Shown: piece after piece, positions 36,659-41,773 of the stretch | How positions within the stretch are numbered: the first letter of the stretch is position 1 | Layout: every line of letters begins with the position of its first letter | Assembly (NCBI GenBank): GCA_964508365.1 | Contig: CAZDTP010000035.1 | Span: 1 to 41,773 of the forward strand | DNA length: 41,773 bases | DNA from: an uncultured archaeon | Lineage (GTDB): Archaea > Asgardarchaeota > Lokiarchaeia > Sigyniarchaeales > SOKP01 | Reading direction: 5' to 3' | The notes under the pieces: model-generated | Told to the model about the DNA's origin: nothing | Seen by the model: only the letters and a program-made list of their open reading frames with translations | Databases searched by the model: none | Program-made: the position numbers and the translations under genes

Positions 36659-37903
36659 CTATTGATATTTTGGGGAATTTTTATATTTGGGATCGAAAAG
36701 ATGGCAAGCAACAAAGTGTTTATCGTCGACTTCAATATTGTTTGGTCTTACTTTGTCACAAATTTCTAATCGATAATCACACCTAGGGTGGAATCTGCAG
36801 CCAGATGGGGGATAAATTAAGTTAGGTACCATTCCTCGAATTGTGAGTAATTCTTGGTCTCTCTTTTCTATGCTTGGAATCGAACTAATAAGTCCTTTAG
36901 TATAAGGATGGCGGGGTTTTTTAAACAAATCTTCAGCTGGTGCGTATTCCACAATAGTCCCGCTGTACATAACAGCCACTCTCTCACACAATTCTGCGAT
37001 AATTCCTAAATCATGTGTAATCAGGAGAATCGATGTCATAAATTTTTTCTTTAATTTTTTCATTAAATCAAGAATCTGAGCTTGAATAGTTACATCTAAG
37101 GCAGTTGTTGGTTCATCGGCGATTAATAGCTTGGGATTACACGATAGTCCCATGGAAATCATTACACGTTGCCTCATACCCCCACTTAGTTCATGTGGGT
37201 ATCGTTTTAAGATACCTTTAGCATCCGCAATTCCTACTTCTTTAACAATTTCCTCCGATTTTTCCCATGCGATTTCTTTCAAACTTAGTTTTTTAGTTTT
37301 TTTTTTTTTTAGATTTTTTATTTCTGCCTTTAGTTCTCTCTCTTCTTCTTTTGTTAATCGAATTTTCTTTATTTTTAATTCTTCTTCTAAATCTTTTATT
37401 ACTTGTTTCTCCTTATCCCTATCTAAATGTCGTTTTTCAAGAATTTCCTTTAGCTCTTCTTCCTGATGTAACAAAAATACCTCCGCTATTTGTCTACCGA
37501 TTTGAAGAATGGGATTAAGTGAATTTAACGGATCTTGAAATATCATCGTAATATCTTTGCCACGATATTCCCTCATTTGTTCATCGGTTAAATCCAGTAA
37601 TTCGACACCATCAAACATTATGGACCCTTCTAATATTTTTCCTGGTGGTCTCACAAGGCGTAAAATAGAAAGAGCTGTAACGGATTTCCCGCAACCTGTT
37701 TCACCGACAAGACCAAGGACTTCATCTCTGCCCATATTAAATGAGACCCCATCTACTGCTTTAACTATCCCTTCTTCTGTATAGAAATTTGTCTTAAGAT
37801 TTTTGACCTCAAGCAGATTTTCCGAAATCCCTGTTATAACTGAATCTGTTTGATTTTTTTCGTCAGCTCCAGCATTAGTTTTCTTTTTTACGGTGCTATC
37901 CAT
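36659..37903 (-). CDS. oppD: Oligo/dipeptide ABC transporter ATP-binding protein (OppD/DppD) with coiled-coil insertion
   Basis: GETGCGKS, IFQDP, LSGGMRQR, IADEPTTALD, HPYT, CRFHPRC; ATG 37903 preferred over track start 37954. Confidence 0.92.
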   Translation of the reverse strand: MDSTVKKKTNAGADEKNQTDSVITGISENLLEVKNLKTNFYTEEGIVKAVDGVSFNMGRDEVLGLVGETGCGKSVTALSILRLVRPPGKILEGSIMFDGVELLDLTDEQMREYRGKDITMIFQDPLNSLNPILQIGRQIAEVFLLHQEEELKEILEKRHLDRDKEKQVIKDLEEELKIKKIRLTKEEERELKAEIKNLKKKKTKKLSLKEIAWEKSEEIVKEVGIADAKGILKRYPHELSGGMRQRVMISMGLSCNPKLLIADEPTTALDVTIQAQILDLMKKLKKKFMTSILLITHDLGIIAELCERVAVMYSGTIVEYAPAEDLFKKPRHPYTKGLISSIPSIEKRDQELLTIRGMVPNLIYPPSGCRFHPRCDYRLEICDKVRPNNIEVDDKHFVACHLFDPKYKNSPKYQ

Positions 37904-37955
37904 TTTCTTCTTTATCCCCCACAATTTTATATTTTCAGTAAAGTTCAAGAACAAA

Positions 37956-38960
37956 TTACAGGTTTTTCATTCTCGGATCCAAAGCATCTCTTAACCCATC
38001 ACCGACCAACATAAAACCCATTACAGTTACTAAGATCATAATACCAGGCCAGAACATGGACCATGGTGCATCAGTTAAATGAAGTCTTGCAACACTAATG
38101 TCATTTCCCCATTCGATTAATGTCATATCACTGTAACCTAAAAAACTAAGACCAGCCAAACTTAAGATAATTCCACCGATGTCGAACGTAAACGAAATTA
38201 TGATTGGTTGGATGCAATTCGGCAAAACATGTCTAAACATAAGTCTCCAATTACCTGACCCAGATACTCTTGCCGCTTCTACATAAGGTAATTCTCGAGC
38301 TTGTAATACTGATCCCCTAATTAACCGCGCATAATAAGGAACGCCAAGAATTCCAAAAGCTAACATTATATATTCCATATGTTGACCCCATATTGCTATA
38401 AAAACTAAAGCAAGAATCAGACCTGGAAATGCAAGAAAAACATCAGTAATTCTCATTATTACCGAATCTACCCATCCACCATAATATCCAGAGATCATTC
38501 CAACTATAACACCCACGATAACACTAAATGTTATAGCGGGTAACGCAATCGTTAATGAAGAATACGCACCGTATATTGCCCTTGATAAAACATCACGTCC
38601 AAATTTGGTTTGTCCTAGAAGATTACTGGGAGTTGGGGGATCCCAAGAACCAGTTAAAACACCATTTGCTACCTCTCTTGTATATGGAGCAATCCATGCT
38701 CCATGAATAGCAAAAGTAATAATGATAAAAATGATTATCATTCCCAATATTGTTAATACTGATTTTAATCTTCTAATAAACTTTCTTTTACTTATTGTTT
38801 TTTCATATTCAAATTCCCTACGTGATAAGTCTTCTAATCTGGAACCCGGTATAAGAAGGAATTTAATATTTTTGAAAATCCAAAAGATTGTATTTTTTAC
38901 AATATTTTTTTCTTCTTTTACTTCTTCAAATTTAAGTTCTTGCTCATAAGGTTCTTCCAT
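37956..38960 (-). CDS. oppC: Oligo/dipeptide ABC transporter permease (OppC/DppC)
   Basis: LGQTKFGRDVLSR, D..IMRITDVFLAFPG, EAARVSG, RHVLPN, GDGLRDALDPR. Confidence 0.95.
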   Translation of the reverse strand: MEEPYEQELKFEEVKEEKNIVKNTIFWIFKNIKFLLIPGSRLEDLSRREFEYEKTISKRKFIRRLKSVLTILGMIIIFIIITFAIHGAWIAPYTREVANGVLTGSWDPPTPSNLLGQTKFGRDVLSRAIYGAYSSLTIALPAITFSVIVGVIVGMISGYYGGWVDSVIMRITDVFLAFPGLILALVFIAIWGQHMEYIMLAFGILGVPYYARLIRGSVLQARELPYVEAARVSGSGNWRLMFRHVLPNCIQPIIISFTFDIGGIILSLAGLSFLGYSDMTLIEWGNDISVARLHLTDAPWSMFWPGIMILVTVMGFMLVGDGLRDALDPRMKNL

Positions 38961-38999
38961 AAATCTTTCACTTATTTTTTTTTTTTTTTATTTTCTCAA

Positions 39000-40016
39000 T
39001 TAATATCTTATTCTTGGATCTATAAAGCCGTAAATGAGATCAATACCTAAATTTATAACAATAAAGGTTATTGTAGTAAGGAATACAATTCCGTTTAATA
39101 CCCAATAATCAGTATTCTGTATCGATACAATTAATAACTCACCTAATCCGTGTAAATTAAAAGTCGTTTCGGTAAGAACTGCTCCCGATAATAATCCTCC
39201 AAAGTTTAATCCTATAATTGTTATAGTAGGAATTAATGCATTTTTTCGTGCATGAGTCTTTATTACATCTTTTTCTTTACATCCTTTCGCTCTTGCAGTT
39301 CTTACGTAGTCTTGTCCCAGAACTTCCAGCATACTTGAGCGAGTTTGTCTTGTAATTGAGGCAAGAGTTATAAATGATAAACAAAGAACAGGTAAAATTA
39401 AATGCTCAATATAATCGACAAGTATAACCATGTCTAAAGATAAAATACAATCGATTACTCTGAGATGAGTAACAACAGGAGGATCTCCAATACCCGCAGT
39501 TTTATACCCAATTCCAGGAAAAAGGTCCAGTTGAAATGCAAATAGGTATTGAAGCACCATTCCCATCCAGAAAACGGGAATGGCAACTCCTACGAGTGCA
39601 AAACCCCTTAATATGGTATCTTTAGGTTTATTTCTATGTGTCGCTGAAATTACACCAGTTTTAAGTCCGAGAAATGTTGCAATAAAAATTGAAGCGATAG
39701 CGATATCAAAAGTCCTAAAAAATCTCTCTAATACAAGATCCCATACAGGAGTTCCCGGAGCAAGAGTTACAGAAACACCCCAATTACCAGTAAATAAATC
39801 CCCTAAGTATATCACATATTGCTCCAATATGGGTCTATCAAGTCCAAGTTGCGCTAACATTTCCAGATACATCTCTTCCGTAAAATTCTTAGGGAGATGG
39901 GCTATAATTGGGTCCCCTGGCATTAATCTAGACAGGATAAAGGTTAATGTTATAACCCCAAATAATACAGGCAACAATGATAATAACCTTCTGATAATAA
40001 ATTTAATCATGCTCAT
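39000..40016 (-). CDS. oppB: Oligo/dipeptide ABC transporter permease (OppB/DppB)
   Basis: PGDP, GLDRP..EQY, DYVRTARAKG, LSGAVLTETTF, DLIYGFIDPRIRY. Confidence 0.95.
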   Translation of the reverse strand: MSMIKFIIRRLLSLLPVLFGVITLTFILSRLMPGDPIIAHLPKNFTEEMYLEMLAQLGLDRPILEQYVIYLGDLFTGNWGVSVTLAPGTPVWDLVLERFFRTFDIAIASIFIATFLGLKTGVISATHRNKPKDTILRGFALVGVAIPVFWMGMVLQYLFAFQLDLFPGIGYKTAGIGDPPVVTHLRVIDCILSLDMVILVDYIEHLILPVLCLSFITLASITRQTRSSMLEVLGQDYVRTARAKGCKEKDVIKTHARKNALIPTITIIGLNFGGLLSGAVLTETTFNLHGLGELLIVSIQNTDYWVLNGIVFLTTITFIVINLGIDLIYGFIDPRIRY

Positions 40017-40038
40017 AGATCATTTCCTCTCCTTTTCG

Positions 40039-40491
40039 TTATATAAGTGTTCTAATTTTTTTTATTCTATCTCTATACTGTCTAAAAATTGCTGCTAAAA
40101 TCGCAGCAGACAAGTTTAAACCCAATATTGATAAAATTGTAACATATCCTTCATAACGAGTAAAAAAGTCACCAATTATGGTAGGATCAAAACCATACAT
40201 TATCCAAGTCCATATAAAAGATTCTCCTATTATAATGGGTGTAATCCATATGCTATTTCTGATTCCATATTCAAAGAACTTCTCTCTAAATACCATTATA
40301 AACACAATTGCAAAAAGAATTATTAATGAAAGAAAAGTACTTGGATCAAATAAAATTTGATATAAATATAATATTTTTTCTCCAATTCCTTTTTCAAAAG
40401 TAAGGCTAAGATATCCGAAAAATACGAAATGAATCAATAATATTGCCAGAATAAAATTACCTTGTCTACTTAAATCAATTTTGAGTTTCAT
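40039..40491 (-). CDS. Hypothetical membrane protein (about 4 TM) inside the opp operon
   Basis: ATGA overlap with upstream gene; 22 nt before oppB start. Confidence 0.65.
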   Translation of the reverse strand: MKLKIDLSRQGNFILAILLIHFVFFGYLSLTFEKGIGEKILYLYQILFDPSTFLSLIILFAIVFIMVFREKFFEYGIRNSIWITPIIIGESFIWTWIMYGFDPTIIGDFFTRYEGYVTILSILGLNLSAAILAAIFRQYRDRIKKIRTLI

Positions 40492-41360
40492 AAAATTTTC
40501 CCTATATCAATCTTCTCCAAGTCAAAGTCTCTAATAACACCGTTAATATTATCTAGAGTCGAATACTTATTAATTATTCCATTGCATTTCCAAATTTTCA
40601 TATCAACTGGGATTTGTTTCCCCTCATGTAGAAGTTTTTTATTATAGGAAAAAATATCAAGAATATCATCATAGATTAAATAAGGAATAAAGTTCATTTT
40701 TGTTTTCTTATCTATTTTAATGGCAATTATTTGGGGATAATATTTTTCTTTTTTTTCTAAGTATAACTGTACTGTTTTTGTGGAACCTTCTTCTTTTATT
40801 AGGATTACATTATTTTCTATTTTTTCTCTCGTATAAGAAATAATTTTATCACAATATCGTAAAAGTTCTGTGGTATATTCTTCGAGGCTTGGATCTAATC
40901 CTTTTTCTTCAATGATAGAAAATGTATTCAAGAATTCAAGGAGCAAGTAAGTATAGGCTTCTGTAAGGCTAGGAATTTCTGTTTTTATTAGTCGTGAATT
41001 TTCAAACCACCTTATTATCATTTCACGCTGTAAATTTCGGTGTATAATCTCCTTATATTTTCCTTTTGCGAAATTTATAAAATTAGAGATTCCAAGCAAA
41101 AAAAATTTTTTAAAATTAATAGTTAAATCCAGCTTTTTTAACAATTTATTCAAATTTACAATATCAGGCAATATAAATAATGTCAAATCTCCATTTGTTA
41201 ATTTATCAATTCTCATTGGGACTGGCATTACGGGAATTTTAAATATTTCTGTTGTGAATATATCAAAATAGAAACCTACAGGAGCAAGATCTCTTTTAAA
41301 TGATTTTAATTTACTGGGGGAATAAAAAAAAGAATCTTTTTGACTCATTTGAAAAACCAT
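40488..41360 (-). CDS. Hypothetical soluble protein inside the opp operon
   Basis: 290-aa ORF, no TM, family not recognised. Confidence 0.65.
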   Translation of the reverse strand: MVFQMSQKDSFFYSPSKLKSFKRDLAPVGFYFDIFTTEIFKIPVMPVPMRIDKLTNGDLTLFILPDIVNLNKLLKKLDLTINFKKFFLLGISNFINFAKGKYKEIIHRNLQREMIIRWFENSRLIKTEIPSLTEAYTYLLLEFLNTFSIIEEKGLDPSLEEYTTELLRYCDKIISYTREKIENNVILIKEEGSTKTVQLYLEKKEKYYPQIIAIKIDKKTKMNFIPYLIYDDILDIFSYNKKLLHEGKQIPVDMKIWKCNGIINKYSTLDNINGVIRDFDLEKIDIGKIL

Positions 41361-41367
41361 TAAGATT

Positions 41368-41378
41368 AAAAAAAAAAA
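41368..41378 (-). terminator. T11 tract after oppA (partial terminator candidate)
   Basis: 11 A on plus strand, about 37 nt downstream of the oppA stop. Confidence 0.45.
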
Positions 41379-41414
41379 GTTATTTATAATTTATTTCGTG
41401 TTTATGCTCTTTGT

Positions 41415-41773
41415 TTAGGCATAATGGCATGGATAGAACCAAATCTTACCCATGGTATTAGTTGCAAAATCCTGTAAGCCAACCACATAAGCGTCGAACA
41501 CTTTAGAGGAATAACCGAATAGCCATGGCATGTCTTCTTCAACCAAAAGTTCTTGAATCCTTTTATAAATCGCTGTTCTAATAGTTACATTGGTCTCTTC
41601 TAAACCTGCTTCCATTAATAATTGCACGTTATCATTTTGGAGTCTTGGATTTCTACCTGCTTCTATTGCTGCAAACCAACCATTATATTGAGCACCATTA
41701 GATGCAACAGATCTGTTAGTAAACAATGGGTTGATGAAATTGCTCGGATCGTTATAATCCGGACCCCATCCAA
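41415..41773 (-). CDS. oppA: ABC peptide-binding protein, family 5 (OppA/DppA), 3' part, truncated by window edge
   Basis: Frame open to window end: GWGPDYNDPSNFINPLF...RTAIYKRIQELLVEEDMPWLF. Confidence 0.88.
   Translation of the reverse strand, partial: GWGPDYNDPSNFINPLFTNRSVASNGAQYNGWFAAIEAGRNPRLQNDNVQLLMEAGLEETNVTIRTAIYKRIQELLVEEDMPWLFGYSSKVFDAYVVGLQDFATNTMGKIWFYPCHYA

Noticed and set aside
38975-38989. T15 run between oppB and oppC as a terminator
   Set aside because: It is poly-A on the transcribed strand, so it would not terminate the operon; homopolymer length may be an assembly artefact
13922-40360. Other overlapping track ORFs (13922, 16691, 17100, 20923, 21603, 23779, 24925, 34259, 37131, 39580, 40178 and similar)
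   Set aside because: Lie within or opposite stronger genes; compositions mirror the real frame
1-41773. CRISPR arrays, rRNA, intact tRNA, SRP or RNase P RNA, transposases, integrases
   Set aside because: No regularly spaced repeats, no GC-rich structured stretch and no mobile-element motifs seen
1-41773. Selenocysteine or pyrrolysine recoding
   Set aside because: Recognised genes appear full length at their stops; no in-frame TGA or TAG at a catalytic position and no convincing SECIS found by eye

Overview
AT-rich archaeal chromosomal segment, most likely from an Asgard archaeon of the Lokiarchaeia (inferred from the archaeal-type ribosomal proteins plus several eukaryote-like genes). From left to right it holds: (1) an orphan ECF S-component; (2) a minus-strand ribosomal protein operon from uS19 to uL15, including a uS14 gene missing from the ORF track, but lacking the usual uL3/uL4/uL23/uL2 head, SUI1 and the secY tail; (3) a mixed housekeeping region with ribokinase plus a PMI-like cupin, a class II amidotransferase, an FG-GAP-like beta-propeller, ferredoxin, PepD, GcvH, MptE, two short RadA paralogues, RlmE, Trm1, class I FBPase, TlyA, a NusA-like KH protein and DUF362; (4) a decayed patch at about 32.1-33.8 kb with a frameshifted copy of the oppF 3' end and a possible tRNA-Leu relic; (5) an M28 peptidase and an Opp/Dpp ABC peptide transporter operon with large insertions in both ATPases and two unknown genes between oppA and oppB. 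The most interesting items are candidate eukaryote-like proteins: an OSTC/DC2-like and a DPM2-like membrane protein (possible N-glycosylation accessories), an RPC34/TFE-beta protein with an extra Zn finger, a GATase-fold plus C4HC3 RING/PHD fusion, and a BBS2/ITFG-like propeller. No CRISPR array, rRNA, intact tRNA or transposase was seen. All family assignments come from motif recognition by eye; no searches were run.
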